A stretch of 64,000 nt of DNA from Phoronis australis (lineage: Eukaryota; Animalia; Phoronida): assembly GCA_002633005.1 (NCBI GenBank), contig NMRA01000531.1, positions 235,997 to 299,996 of the forward strand. The letters are read 5' to 3'. This document shows, piece by piece, positions 24,791 through 37,019 of the stretch. The translations under genes were made by a program, and so were the position numbers. Every line of letters starts with the position of its first letter. The stretch's first letter is position 1. The notes beneath the pieces were generated by a model. It had not been told where the DNA came from. It saw only the letters and a program-made list of their open reading frames with translations, and made no database searches.

Positions 24791-26720
24791 CTACAGGTGC
24801 AAACACTGGAGCAATGTTCCTCTGACTACAATAGAGAATCCACTGTTTGATGTAGCAGCTGTAGAGGTCTGAAGATTACTTTCGTCGGGACGCCATGATG
24901 GTGGTGATGACAGATGGGCTGTATCCTTTTGTCTGTAGAGCCTGCCTGACAAGCGCGTTGCCATCAGGTAGAGTTTGTCCATTGGCCGGGCCTGAGGTCT
25001 AGAAGGCAAAACCAAGGTATGATTAGTAGCTAGAATGATAAACGGTGTTCCCATAATCGTAGGAGTCATCATAGTAAACCAGGGCTTTGTTGGCCAGAAG
25101 GGCACAATGATAATACCATCAGCCTCGTCCATAATCCATTTTTGAAAGACTGCATTCAAAATCGCGAAGAGTGGAAAAGCATAAATCAATTTGTAATTCC
25201 CCCAATGACACATAAAGCTACCCACCAATGCAGCTTCTGGGTCTGGTTGCCAAGAGCAATTAAAAGGGTTTCACCTTATAATTAAGTCTTGATGCGAACA
25301 AATCAATGGAAGGGGTCCCAAATTTTGTGCAAATTTTCCGAAAAACATGTGTAAGTTTCATCTTTGAAAACCCGGGATGCTGTGTCTGCAGCGACATTTT
25401 GTTTACCAGGGCAAAAGACAGCTGACAACCAAATGTTTCTCTCGAGTAACCAGAGCCAGATTTTCCAAGTAAACTTGTTACAGTGATATGAGTGTACAGA
25501 GCCCTGATGACGTATACACTGCATTGTTGTTGTGTCATGACCCGTAAATGAATATTTCTCATGTCCCCAAATACAGATTGTAAGGAATGATTAACTGCAG
25601 TGAGTTCAAGCCCATTAATATGCCAAGTAACTTCAGAGTAATCCCAACGCCCACCAAATGTTTCATTCCGAGAAGGAATATTGCAACCCCATCCCTGTAA
25701 ACTAGCATCGGTGTAGAACACACAGTCAGGGTCACCGAGGTACACTGGAGCAAAGCAGTGAACAACATCAGTGGTCCACCAAGATAGATCTTGATAAGCA
25801 AGTTGACTAAGGGACATGACACTCTCAAAGTTACGACCGGATTGCTGCAGAGCAACATTCTTGTCTATTTCCAGCTGCTTTGTAAACAGTTGCGCATAGC
25901 GATTGCCAGGGTGGGTTGCCAGCAATGTACCCACTAACTTTGCAATATCCCGTACGGAGATACAATCCATACGTAAAAAATCATTCAGCAGAGAGATAAT
26001 CTTCTCTGCTTTGGACTTAGTCTTACTGACTGAAACCAAGATCTTGTAGTAATGTTGCTGTCAGTACCCCATCATTTTCACACTTGCCAGGGTCAGAATT
26101 CACAATTAAGGTGTCATCTATGTAGGCCGTTATAGTGACATCATGAACGCACCGAAGTTCCGTCAGGGGCACCTTAAGCAACTTAGTGAAGATACGCGGT
26201 CCTGAACTTAAACCATTCGGCAAAGCCGTAAATTGGTAAAGCACGTTATCATGCCTGAATCGCAAGTATTTCCGGTGATGTTTGGCTATTGGGATGCTAT
26301 AATAAGCGTCAGACAAATCTAAGATGATAAAGTAACAATCCTGTGTCACTAAGCGAAGTGCCGATTCAAAGGTATCCATTTTGAAATGATGATAAGCAAC
26401 ATAAGAGTTTAAGGTCTTCAAATTAAGGATAAACTGAAGCTCATTTGCAACTTTCTTAGGTCGGAGAAAAACGGGAGACACAAATTGTCCAGTAGAGTGA
26501 GGACAGCGTTCAATGACTTGTTTAGCCAGCATGGATTGAATTTCTCTATGCAAGAACTGTTGCTTAAGTGGCAAAAATTTTGCATTGATACCTGGTCGTG
26601 TTTGAGTAGGAAGCAGGTAAAATTCAATTTCATAACCGGTGACAATGGCCAGTAGCCTATGCAAGGATCCTTAGTAATTTGACGCCACATAGGGACACAG
26701 TAACTATAACCCTTCTGGCC
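24791..26720 (-). pseudogene. DIRS pol: reverse transcriptase, RNase H and DAM-methylase-like domains (frameshifted)
   Basis: LDLSDAYYSIPI, ALPNGLSSGPRIFTK and YIDD (RT); FYTDASLQGWG and HINGLEL (RNase H); IDLFASRLN, YAFPLF and IVPFWPTKPWF (methylase-like). Confidence 0.92.
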
Positions 26721-26775
26721 AAGGAGGTTTCAAGGTCAGAGAGGACCAAGGATATTTTACTTACGAAAGATGAGT

Positions 26776-28223
26776 CTATTTCCGGTTGGCAGTCTGTCTG
26801 GTGGCTGTGGCTGGCTTCCGTGACGGTTGCCGTTTGTGTGTGTACTGTTGGCCTGTCAAGAGACAATGCAAGAGTATTAGTAGCAGATTGACAAACATGT
26901 CCACTACGAACTGCAACCCGCATAAAATTTGGTGCATTCGACAGTACAAAGGAATGCTTACCTAAAAAAGGGCGATAGACGTGTTGTGGCTGGTGCTGAT
27001 AGGCCTGTCTGTAGGAGGCAGGGTAGGGCGACGGCCGGCATGTCGTGTGTCTCGTAGTCATGGGAGACCGGGCGAGATTAAGGGCCTGAGAGGCCTGCTT
27101 ACACTTCTCCCCCAACTGGTCTCCAAACAGGAGCTTGTCGGAGGTACTGGCCTTGTTGAGTGCCGAATGGTACTTGGAGTTGAGATGGGGTTTGATAATG
27201 TCCCGTCGAGTAGAATTAATCTTTGCGCTAGCATACCCCAGGAGACCTAGCGCGTCCACAGTATTATCCACCAAGTCCTTGGCGTTTAGATGTTTGGGAG
27301 CTGTGGTGATCAGGGTGTCAACGAGTTTAGTCAGGGGAATGGCCGCCCTGGCTATGGCCGATTGTGCAGACTTCAACTGGCCGTCTTTGAATTTCACCGT
27401 TTTGTGGTTTTGCACTATGTCTGCGATTTCCTCGTTCAAGTCAGTCTTGTGGACTGCGATGTTGTCGGGCCGGGGATGTTTATCATGTGCCTGCTTTATA
27501 TCGAAGGACTTACCCCCCTCCCATAGGGAGTTGACGAGGGATGCAACAGCGTCCGATACTGGCGGTGCTTGTTCCTCGGATTGGTCCGCCAAATGGGAAG
27601 CCAGCAACCCGACAAAAAGCGGCTCAGCACTGTGGGGGAGAGGCACTCCAGAAAGTGGCAGGTCCGGCGAGGTGGAAGCTGTCTCGTCTTCAGAAGTGCG
27701 CATAGTCCTCCATGGGGANNNNNNNNNNNNNNNNNNNNNNNNNNNNNNNNNNNNNNNAAGCTGTCTCGTCTTCAGAATCGGAGGGAGCGAAGTGCGCATA
27801 GTGCTCCATGGGGACGGGTTGCGGCCAGTAATGATAACCGCCCATGTGTGGGGGTGGTGACGCGTAGAAGGGTGGCCAAGACGGCATCAGCGCCGGGGGA
27901 TTGAATAAACTCCGGTCCGTGGTGGGTTTCGGAGTCTGGGCGGCGGTGGCTGAAGCGTTGGTGGTGGTCGTTTCGCTCGGCGGCGGCTGATTGTCAGGCG
28001 ACGGAGACCCTGTCAGAGAATCGATTGACGGCAGGTTAACTGAAGATGTCTTTTTCGGGGGCTTCTCGGTCGAAGTTGAACCAGATTTTTTTATCGGTGG
28101 AGTCCTTCGGCATGACGAAGTGCTGTCTTGTACGCTATGAACAGGCAAAAACTGCGATATGACCAGGCCTGCAACAGCAAATGCGCTAAATACCCGAGGG
28201 TGGAAACTGATTGGTGGAAACAA
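26776..28223 (-). pseudogene. DIRS gag-like ORF (interrupted by assembly gap)
   Basis: ORFs 27690-28223 and 26657-27799 read HPRPDNI...D.QLKSAQ...DALGLLGYASAKINSTRRDIIKPHLNSKY...LLFGDQL...RPFLG, a typical DIRS Gag core. Confidence 0.85.
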
Positions 28224-29336
28224 ACCACCTCCGCAAGTGACCTCACAAGTGCAGCAGGATTGGCTGTAAAAGCCCGCGCTTCATAATGTGTGAATGACAG
28301 ATGCGTTCCTAGGGATTAGAGCGGGCAGCGAGTGCAACTCAAAAAACCCGGGGTGTAACCGGAAAGCGATGGCAACCGACGACGACGAACAAAAGAGTGT
28401 CAGGATCGCTGGCGTCGACAGTGCCGAGCACAAAGAGGGCACATTCAGTGCAAATGTCAAGAGCGTGTACAAAGTGGTAAACAATGTACAGCTGTGCGTG
28501 GGTATGACGTAACGTGTTAGTACAGTGAGGCACACAAAGAAATACTTGACTGTTGAGTCATGCGAGCACCATGTGCGCTGTTCCAAAGGCCTAAATGTTA
28601 GTGTTAAGTACGCAAAGAGTTGAGCGTACGAGGATAGAACAACTATTAACACTCCACATGGCCTGTGTCGAAAAAGGTGTCGGGTCACGGAAACCCCAAA
28701 GCAGGTAGGCCAGAAAATTACGATGAGGCAAATAGAGAGTCGTAATGCTCAGCGCCGGTAAAACCGGGCAACGTGTGGCCCGCCGAGTCACACAGAGTCG
28801 GTGAGCTCGGTCGTCCAAAACTTCCAAGTTGATATAAGGATAAGAAGAAAAAATGCTCAGTAGGAAAGAGTTACGCAATTGAGTGTGGTCGCGGTGTAAC
28901 TTGCGCAAATTAACCTCCCAAAGGAAAAAACACGTCTTCCTCTAGACGATAAGTCTGTGGAATGGTCCGCTTTGCGCATGTCCGTATCTCATGGTAGTGC
29001 TCGGGGGGAATTCTGGGAGGAATAAAATTCTGCAAATAGGTGACCTTTGAACTAATGTTGTACCTTGGGGGCTCACAACCTGCATCATGCAGTGTTATTC
29101 CCCAACAATGGATACGGTTTAGTGATTTATGGCGGATCACTTTTGACACAAAACTCATTCGTGAAAACATTTGGCAATTTTCAACCTACTTCCTGTTCAC
29201 ATTGTCGCTACATGTTGCGATTTTTACTAATTTGACAAAGCAATCACAGAGATAAGGAATTTATGGGCAAGTTCCACTTTAAGCAGAGTTGAATTACTCC
29301 TCCATGATGAACATGACATACTTAAACAAAGGATAC

Positions 29337-29470
29337 GGTATTAAGTGCCGACAGACCAGCTTGTAATGTAACTACAAAGATATAGAGTCACTGCTCAACT
29401 GACGTAGTTTAAAGTTCTCATGTCTGAACTGTTCCACCAGCATTTGCCAGCGATCTGCAGACAAGAGTTC
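29337..29470 (-). pseudogene. MAEA: MAEA-like exon (CRA region) with 2-nt insertion and U12-type donor
   Basis: ctcttacag|GAA CTC TTG...; TCT ATATC shifts the frame to a TAG; the exon ends ACC|GTATCCTTTG. Confidence 0.88.
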
Positions 29471-30285
29471 CTGTAAGAGACAACAGAGGGCATGTGGTAC
29501 AACAACTACAGATGAGGAAGACGAACAGTTTTTTTTTTGAAACGCTGAACACTAAAAACAAAATGGCGTTTGAACATAAAGGAAGCCTGATGACTATTCA
29601 AACAGCAGCCTGGTAAAGCATATCTAAAAGGCAAGTACTTTTAAATGCAAGTTTTAAAATGCAAACTTTTCACGTGTTTGCTAATTATTAAAATAAGGTC
29701 TCAAACAAATTTTAAGGGACAGATTTGCCTGGCCAGGCAAAGTGCACGTCAACCACTTCGTATTTGATAAATATGAAGAAGTGGAAAAGTATGACATAAA
29801 GTATAAACATAATTCTTCACCTATAAACACAACTAATGGACCTAAATTTGGTACACCAATTCACAAACACAGCTCACCCACCATCAAATACATTTAAACG
29901 AGTCATAAAACGTAGCTTAGCACCCAAATAACGCAACATCAGACTCACAAATTCGTCTCATAGATCGCCTCACACACTACATGGACATAGAATAAGGGTA
30001 CTGCATTTGATGGTGGACTGTGCGACGTTTAAGTGAGTAAATAAACTGAGTTTGCCTGGACTTTGGGTGACGTTTATAGGGAAAGAACAGAACTCTGTAA
30101 GTCAGTGCAGTAGCCACTGACTTCATTGTTGTTAATATCTCAGGGACTCCTTTGTCTCCCCCATGGGAACCCACCATGTCCCAAAAGTGTATGGGAACCA
30201 AGTTCAGATAATTACTACATCGGGGGTGTATGGTGCACTATTTGGCTTTTCCATGAAACTTTGATAAACAAATGTAGTAACATAC

Positions 30286-30397
30286 TTGATAATCAGATAC
30301 AACTGTGTCTGAACAGCAAGCAGCCAGCAGTTCCATAACCTTTTGAACTCTCAGCTGATGGCTGTCACCGGCGGTGGAGAAATGCTTGCGTGCGTGT
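30286..30397 (-). pseudogene. MAEA: MAEA-like exon
   Basis: gctttcag| (R)HARKHFSTAGDSHQLRVQKVMELLAACCSDTVVSDYQ |gtatgt. Confidence 0.85.
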
Positions 30398-30976
30398 CTG
30401 AAAGCAAGAGCCAGGCCATTTTAACTTCATCGTGACCAAACAAAACATTGATAGGATTAACTATTAAACACCACATGGCATAGAATCAATCTGATTCCCC
30501 ACATTTGTCTAATTCTAGTTGTGAACCCTAGATTGGAGTGCCATAACTGTGTACAAAATGTTCACATGTGTAAGCAGCTTAAGGTTTTGTTTTTTTTATG
30601 TTTTAGACCATGCCTGCGGTGTGTGCTAGTCATGTACTGAGGTTATGAGGATAATGACCCACATTGAGAGAGCCAGAAATGAAATCATTTTTATCCAGGT
30701 TCAAACAATGGTGTTAATTAAGTAATAGCTAACAACTCTTCATAAAACATTCAGAAAATGAAACGCCAGTGGCTGCTTCTGTAGATCAGTCTTTCTCATT
30801 GATCAGATCACATTTTATACAGTCATATAAACACAAGCATCCCTAAACTTATACAGTACAAGCCAAAAGTATTCAGACAAAATGACTGCAATTCATCATT
30901 TTCTCTCATATCCAGAATGATCTGTAATTAAGAGGAAAGATAGAAAGTGGCTAAGCCATTCTGCCCTAATAGTTAA

Positions 30977-32321
30977 AGGCGAAGGCAACCTTTTTCCATG
31001 TCATTTTGAGCTAAAATAAGGTTGGTTGGTTATCCTAGACATATATTTTCCACTTAATTACAGCTTTTCGTAATTTAATAGATTACTCGTCTGCTACTCC
31101 GGAAGTGACGTTTTAGGAGGCAAGCATTTCGCGCCAATTTCTTTTCATGTAGTCTGACTGTGAGAGCTGCCGAGTAAGTCATTGTTCTACCTCGGTTGTG
31201 TTAAGTTCCGTCTTCGTTTGGTTTCATTTACTAGTCAGTCAACATGCCACACTGTTGCTGCGTACCAGGATATACTAACTGTTGGCTCACGAGCGCCTTG
31301 GTAGTACCTTTGCATCGCTTTCCGATGGATGACACACTTCGCCGTACTTGGCTCATTCGTGTGAAGAACGCAGCGTTACCCGTCCACGCAACGTACAAAG
31401 CAGTGGGGAATTACCGTGTGTGTGGCAAGCACTTTCTGCCGTCCAATTACGAAAGGGATTTGTACACTGAACTGATGAGGGTCCGGCCCTGCGAAACAAC
31501 GTCTGAAGAAGGATGCCATTTCGTCTGTGTTGATTCCCGGCAGTGCCACGTTGTCACCCCCGAGAATTGCGTTTTTGAAGCGAGAAGCCTCGCGAGCTGT
31601 TGCCAGTACGGTGACTGGAGCCAGTGGAGGCACTTCATCTAATGTCACCCGTACCTCCGAAAGTACCCCAGAGCGTGCAATTTCTGGAACCAGTAGTGAT
31701 TCGCCCAGTGCTGTTTTCTCCACCCCAGAGCCTCTAAGCAGCCCTGCAGCGATATTGAGTAGTGGGAGTGATAACAGGCTCAGTTCGACACCCAGTGAAG
31801 AGGACAGTTCGTCGTCCAGTGAACAGATCGGTGAGCCAAAGTTGATAAGTTTATTGTGGACTTGTCTAAAGTGTTGGAGCTATTTAGAAGGTGCCAGGTG
31901 TGTGGCGAGGGAGTCACACGACACGGTGTAAGAAGTTTGGGTGCTCAGGTCACCATCCAGTGGGAGTGTGTCGCGGGACACTCTGGCAAGTGGGACAGTT
32001 GTTCCTCTGTCCGTGGTATGCCGGAGGTCCATTTAACCATGTCCAGTAGAGGCTTGGCCTCGTCGAACTCTGAACAGCACAAGCATTCCATTGAGGTTGG
32101 CATAACAACGCACGCAGTGCATTTGCACCAAGATGTGTCACCACGTCTGTCCTCAGTAGCCGCCTCGTTTCTCTCAACATCTGCCTGTGCCTGTGCGTAC
32201 TCAGCCTCGTTATACTCGGGCTCAAGCATGTACCCACCCACTGAATGTCCGTGAAAAAAAATCCTCGTCACCACTGCTGTGAACAAGGTCTCCGTCACTC
32301 ACACTACTGTCACTGTGATAC
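30977..32321 (+). mobile_element. Kolobok family A internally deleted copy (right end lost in gap)
   Basis: TTAA|AGGCGAAGGCAACC start is homologous to the ends of 14351-15632. THAP ORF from 31244 (MPHCCCVPG..LHRFPMDD..RVCGKHF) and a C..C/C..GH..W segment abut a convergent Cys-rich ORF. Confidence 0.85.
32030..32298 (-). pseudogene. Kolobok second ORF (KolX-like; P2X7 C-terminal/ballast-like Cys cluster), truncated
   Basis: GYMLEPEY...RRGDTSWCKCTACVVMPTSMECLCCSE matches the Y.FEP...WC.C..C..M....E..CC.E signature. Confidence 0.8.
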
Positions 32322-32695
32322 NNNNNNNNNNNNNNNNNNNNNNNNNNNNNNNNNNNNNNNNNNNNNNNNNNNNNNNNNNNNNNNNNNNNNNNNNNNNNNN
32401 NNNNNNNNNNNNNNNNNNNNNNNNNNNNNNNNNNNNNNNNNNNNNNNNNNNNNNNNNNNNNNNNNNNNNNNNNNNNNNNNNNNNNNNNNNNNNNNNNNNN
32501 NNNNNNNNNNNNNNNNNNNNNNNNNNNNNNNNNNNNNNNNNNNNNNNNNNNNNNNNNNNNNNNNNNNNNNNNNNNNNNNNNNNNNNNNNNNNNNNNNNNN
32601 NNNNNNNNNNNNNNNNNNNNNNNNNNNNNNNNNNNNNNNNNNNNNNNNNNNNNNNNNNNNNNNNNNNNNNNNNNNNNNNNNNNNNNNNNNNNNNN

Positions 32696-33103
32696 TTTAC
32701 GGCCCAAAGCATGCCCGATAACCAGCCTTGAAATGGTCAATGAGAACCTTTCCGACAAAAATCGTCCTTTTAGCTCGCCCGTCTTCTCCCAACCCACACA
32801 TTTTTGGCTGCAGAGCGGTAGTATTTGTCGCCGTGCTTAACAATAACACGAGACGCCATTGAAAATCCCACCACGCTGTCCCAGATGCCCCGGCAATGTT
32901 GACAATTTACGTTCCTCCGAAACATAAAGAGCAACTTTCGCTTTTCGAGGTGAACGTCGTCTGCAACGCCGAGGTAAGAAAGGAATTTGCCGCGGAAATT
33001 TTATATCAAATCCGATTTTTTTACGCGGAAATATTATAAAAAAGCGGAAAGCACATTTGAAAAAAGCGGAAATCCGCGTTTCCGCGGAAAATTCCAAGCC
33101 CTG
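32696..33103. mobile_element. hAT-like MITE end
   Basis: Terminus CAGGGCTTGGAATTTTCCGCGG on - with repeated GCGGAA subterminal motifs; the other end is in the gap. Confidence 0.45.
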
Positions 33104-33504
33104 TAAAAAGAAAGGCCTTGCCAGTAATAAAATACACTAGTTTTCACAATAAACTGAACAACGTCGAAATTTGACTGAGGTTCACTGCACAAACTGCGAT
33201 TAAATATCCATTTCTTTTATGCTAGAGCATGTTTCAATTCAGGCTAAATGTCCACAGGTGTTGCTCCACGCACCTTGCCGAAATAGTGACAACGTGGCGA
33301 GACCCAATAACGTTATGTTAAACTCTGACCAATGTATGACAAATGTGAAATTTTATTGTTGAGGCAAATCTTTGAGTAAAAGAGCCAAACAATTCTGGCA
33401 GAAGTTTGGCAGAGTCTGACAGTTTTGTCAAAGTTTGTCAAGTCTATTTTGAAAACCAGAGCCCTTCAAAGTCACAGCAAAGGCTGACATTACGCAGAGA
33501 GTAC

Positions 33505-33581
33505 CGTATTGCCTCAATCGTCTCGTTGTTGTGAATTAGTTCAATAAACTCCTGTTCTCGCAGACTAAACTCCAGCGTACT
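33505..33581 (-). pseudogene. MAEA: MAEA-like exon (CTLH)
   Basis: ttattgcag| STLEFSLREQEFIELIHNNETIEAIR |gtactc. Confidence 0.9.
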
Positions 33582-34504
33582 CTGCAATAACAACAATGAA
33601 ACAACATTACCCAACCAAACCCAAAGATTTTAAGTGGACACTTCAAATTTGATGCATCATACAACATTAGTGTAAAATATGGCATGCATCTTTCAGTTTA
33701 ACCTAAAGTGTGTCCAACTGTCACGATGTATGCCACTTTTGATACTAAAGTCTGCTTCATATGTTCTAGTGTACTAATGAGAGACTTTTGGGAAGCCATG
33801 ACAACTCTTGTGAGAATGATGATTCCAACACGGTTTTCTAGCTGGCGCGGGGACAACTTCACTATACTCACGCAAAACAAATGGAAAGTATTCGCAACGA
33901 CAAAAGTTAGTGCTGATACTTATCACTGCGAAGTGGAATTTTAGACAGTGCAGTGCAACAGTTTGAGCTACAAACTTCTGTTGGGGAGACAAGAGTTCAA
34001 ATCATGGCTACACTTGCAGACCAATGAACGTTGAGCAAAACCACCACCTACTCATCTTTGCTTACCAGTGCATAGGTACAAAAGACTGAATTGTGTGACA
34101 ACACTCTTTTAATATTTTCATACATGACTGGGAAAGTTGGAATGACAACTGGAGAGCATTCTGTAGAGCTAGTTCCCTGTGTAAAAAGTAAGATCTCACA
34201 AGACCTAGCAAAATCACACGAGTAAAAAGCAAGCATTTCCCGAGCATGCTCAGGAGCTTTACTAGCTTGTCCGAACTAAATAGCAGCCACTGACTGACTG
34301 GATGGTGTTGAATTATGGGATAGCGAATTAACGAATTGAGAGATTGAATTCACTGTTTCCATTCCATAAGCAATCATTTCTTGCTGTGACTGCAAGCTAA
34401 TGTCTTGGAAGTTAACAGAACTCTACCTTGAAGTCTGCTCAACATAACAGACATAACTGGTTCACAAACAACAGCCATTCAAAGCGACACACACACAGAC
34501 CTAC

Positions 34505-34627
34505 CTTGAGCCTCCTCAGTTTTGATTTGTTGTCAGCACACCAGGCTAGGCAGGGGGCCATCTCACCATTGGCTAGTGACTCCTCCACTTGTTTGGAGAC
34601 CAGGAAAAGATCTATGTTGGTGAGGTC
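34505..34627 (-). pseudogene. MAEA: MAEA-like exon (CTLH)
   Basis: cctaag| [41 protein letters not shown] |gtaggt; this exon is intact. Confidence 0.9.
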
Positions 34628-35004
34628 CTTAGGTGGGAAAACAGAGACACAGTGAACACTACGACTATATGTAAGAATGCTTCAGCATAGAAATGTTCTG
34701 GTTATAGCAGTCCAACCAGACTGCCACTAGATGTCACTGCAATTTTGATGGGAAGTCGTTTACATTTAGGTATTAACTAAAAATATTGCCCACCTTCAGT
34801 GAGGACATGACTGGTGTACTTACAGACAAGAACAATAGTAAATGGCACAACTTTTCCATCAATATTCAAAAGTATACCTATCTTCATTAAGTGCACAAGT
34901 TATTAAAGTTGCCTGCAGTGTGAGAGGTAATGTTTCATTGTAATGCCAAGACCAGTGGACCGTAACCAATACCAATGCTATACACAGTCCAACACAGTAC
35001 TAAC

Positions 35005-35207
35005 TGTGATATCCGAATGCTGGGCCAACCTGAGCGCTGTCTGGTAATACCCACAACGCAGAAGTACTCAACCAGCATGCGGTCTAGTCGCTTCTTTTTC
35101 CACGTGGTTGCCACGGACGATGAGAACTTCTCGTATTCCTTCAAGTGCGCCAGGCGTCGTTTACAAAGACGAGCTGAGTCCAGTTCATCACTGACATTTT
35201 CATCAGC
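35005..35207 (-). pseudogene. MAEA: MAEA-like exon (LisH) with 1-nt deletion
   Basis: ADENVSDELDSARLCKRRLAHLKEYEK...LDRMLVEYF, then the frame shifts to LRCGYYQTALRLAQHSDIT |gttagt; 203 nt. Confidence 0.9.
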
Positions 35208-35605
35208 CTGTGCAAAGGAAAAGATATGCATGAATGTAAACAAAATAAAAAATTGACAAATAAAATTCCCTCGACAGCTACCGGTTACATTTTGCTTCTT
35301 TTTACCTTCCTCTTACAACAACGAATCAAATCGTCTGCCATCTTTTACTGTTAGTTTTTGACCTAATGACGTCATGTAGTGAACCCAATGCCAGCCAATG
35401 AGCCCAGTGAATGCTTTAGTTCATGAGTTCACCAACAGGGTAAAAAATGCAAAAGGCGCAGTGACAAGTGAAAAGTAAAAAGTCGAATCTTCGAGTGAAA
35501 ATGTTCTTTCGAAGGGCTTGATTTAAGTGCACTTTTATATTTGCTGCATTATTTCTTAAGATAAATGTGTTCACGTGATCGCAATTTCAACGCATGCAGG
35601 TTGTT

Positions 35606-36627
35606 CATGCTATGAACAGTCCCACTAAATAAGATTGGTCCTAACCCCGGTCGTCAAGGTTAACGGTGGGGTTTGGAAAATTGAACTAGACCATATTTAT
35701 CCACCTTGGCTGAGTCGCGCTCGACTCACGATCAAAGGGATGCCGCCAAGCTGCTCTATTCATCGAGTCACGAGCGAGGATAATTGGGTTCGGTCATGCA
35801 GATATGATCAGCTGATTACAATCTACCTAGCAGACTGTACTTTTTATGCAGAGAGTTACAAGTAGTTTTTACTGTAATATTTGAAAAGAGGAGCGAAAAC
35901 AAATATGAGTACAACTTTGAATTTTTCAAATCGGCCCAGGATAAGAGATTTTGCAACACAGCAACACTCACAATTACTTTCAATCGGCGCGCACAAATAC
36001 AAAAATATAGGACTCAAGTTATTTAGATTTTGGAACACATNTTTCAGGTAATTTGTTGAGTCGAAACTATAATTTTATTCAAAAGTTCAAGTTTTCCTAT
36101 TGACGATGGCGATTCAGCGACGCATCAGTCGGCAAGTTTTCGCACTGTGATGAGCACAATTTTATGAAAAATTATCGTAATTTAACAACGGAAGTTCATA
36201 GCAATGCACCACAATTTTGTAGAAAGGCTGTCATAGGCTAAAAATACGTCACAGAGCGTAAATTTTATGAATCGTAGCTTCCGATTTTACCCGTTTGGGA
36301 AACCGGCTTTCAACTGCCGTAGGCTACATTAAGAATCCCCTCCCCGTGAAATGAATTTTTCTAAGCGTTTATTAGAGCCAATACAGTATACAGCTTTCCA
36401 CCAAGGCTAGGTGATGCTAGGACATTATTCTTTGTTGCATTAGTAACTGGTCTTGGCTAATTATCATTTTATGGCCTGGTCATCCATTCAGCCAATATAG
36501 TTCTAGAGGTGGCTTATCAGCCAATTATTCACGCATGCTGACTCACAATAGAAGCCTGATAAGAGTGAAGGTGGATAAATGCTGTGTTCCTACAGTTTCT
36601 TGTGCTAGTGGATGTGTTCACGACATG
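35606..36627 (+). mobile_element. Non-autonomous DNA element with CATG termini and 2-bp TSD (copy 1)
   Basis: TT|CATGCTATGAACA...TGTTCACGACATG|TT; a highly similar inverted copy lies at 45323-46536. Confidence 0.75.
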
Positions 36628-37019
36628 TTTGACGTGTAACTCGAGTGTGATGTGTATGGCACTTGAATCCACTCTCACTGTGGAGACTTCCAACCCCCTA
36701 TTTAAGGGATGGTTTACCGACTACACTTATACCAGTGAGCATGAGACACTCACAACACAAACACTCTCAACATTCACAAGACTTATTTCTATCTGCAAAA
36801 CCGGTTTTGTTCCATTACAGGTACACAGTTATTGCAACCATAGTAATCATCTTGCCAGTACTGCATAATTTTAGGGTGGGTATATGGTTTGCACATTACC
36901 TAGATGGCCGTCAATGCATTCAGTCTGATTCAACAAGAACACGGAAGGAAAATCACCAGAGTCAAAATGTTTAGCACACTTGTGTTAGATATGTTGAGAG
37001 TGATAGTGTGTGCCTTTAA

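Larger units (their letters stand above)
23745..29029 (-). mobile_element. Degenerate DIRS1-type tyrosine-recombinase retrotransposon
   Basis: gag, RT, RNase H, DAM-methylase-like and YR domains occur in DIRS order on -. The 5' terminus (28987-29029) is complementary to 23870-23911 (ICR-like). Many frameshifts; a full 3' ITR was not found. Confidence 0.93.

Noticed and set aside
27675-27812. Direct repeat around the gap in DIRS gag
   Set aside because: Near-identical sequence on both sides of a 39-N gap is probably an unresolved allele overlap rather than a real repeat.
27135-27860. 241-aa ORF on + strand
   Set aside because: Antisense shadow of the GC-rich DIRS gag; no recognisable motif.
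29030-29260. Next MAEA exon after the U12 donor (ttccttatc branch-like site near 29255)
   Set aside because: No frame resembles the expected QCY...CPVC RING-region sequence.
31945-32298. Host P2X7 purinoceptor gene
   Set aside because: Only the Cys-rich C-terminal-like segment is present, inside a Kolobok element, with no channel exons.
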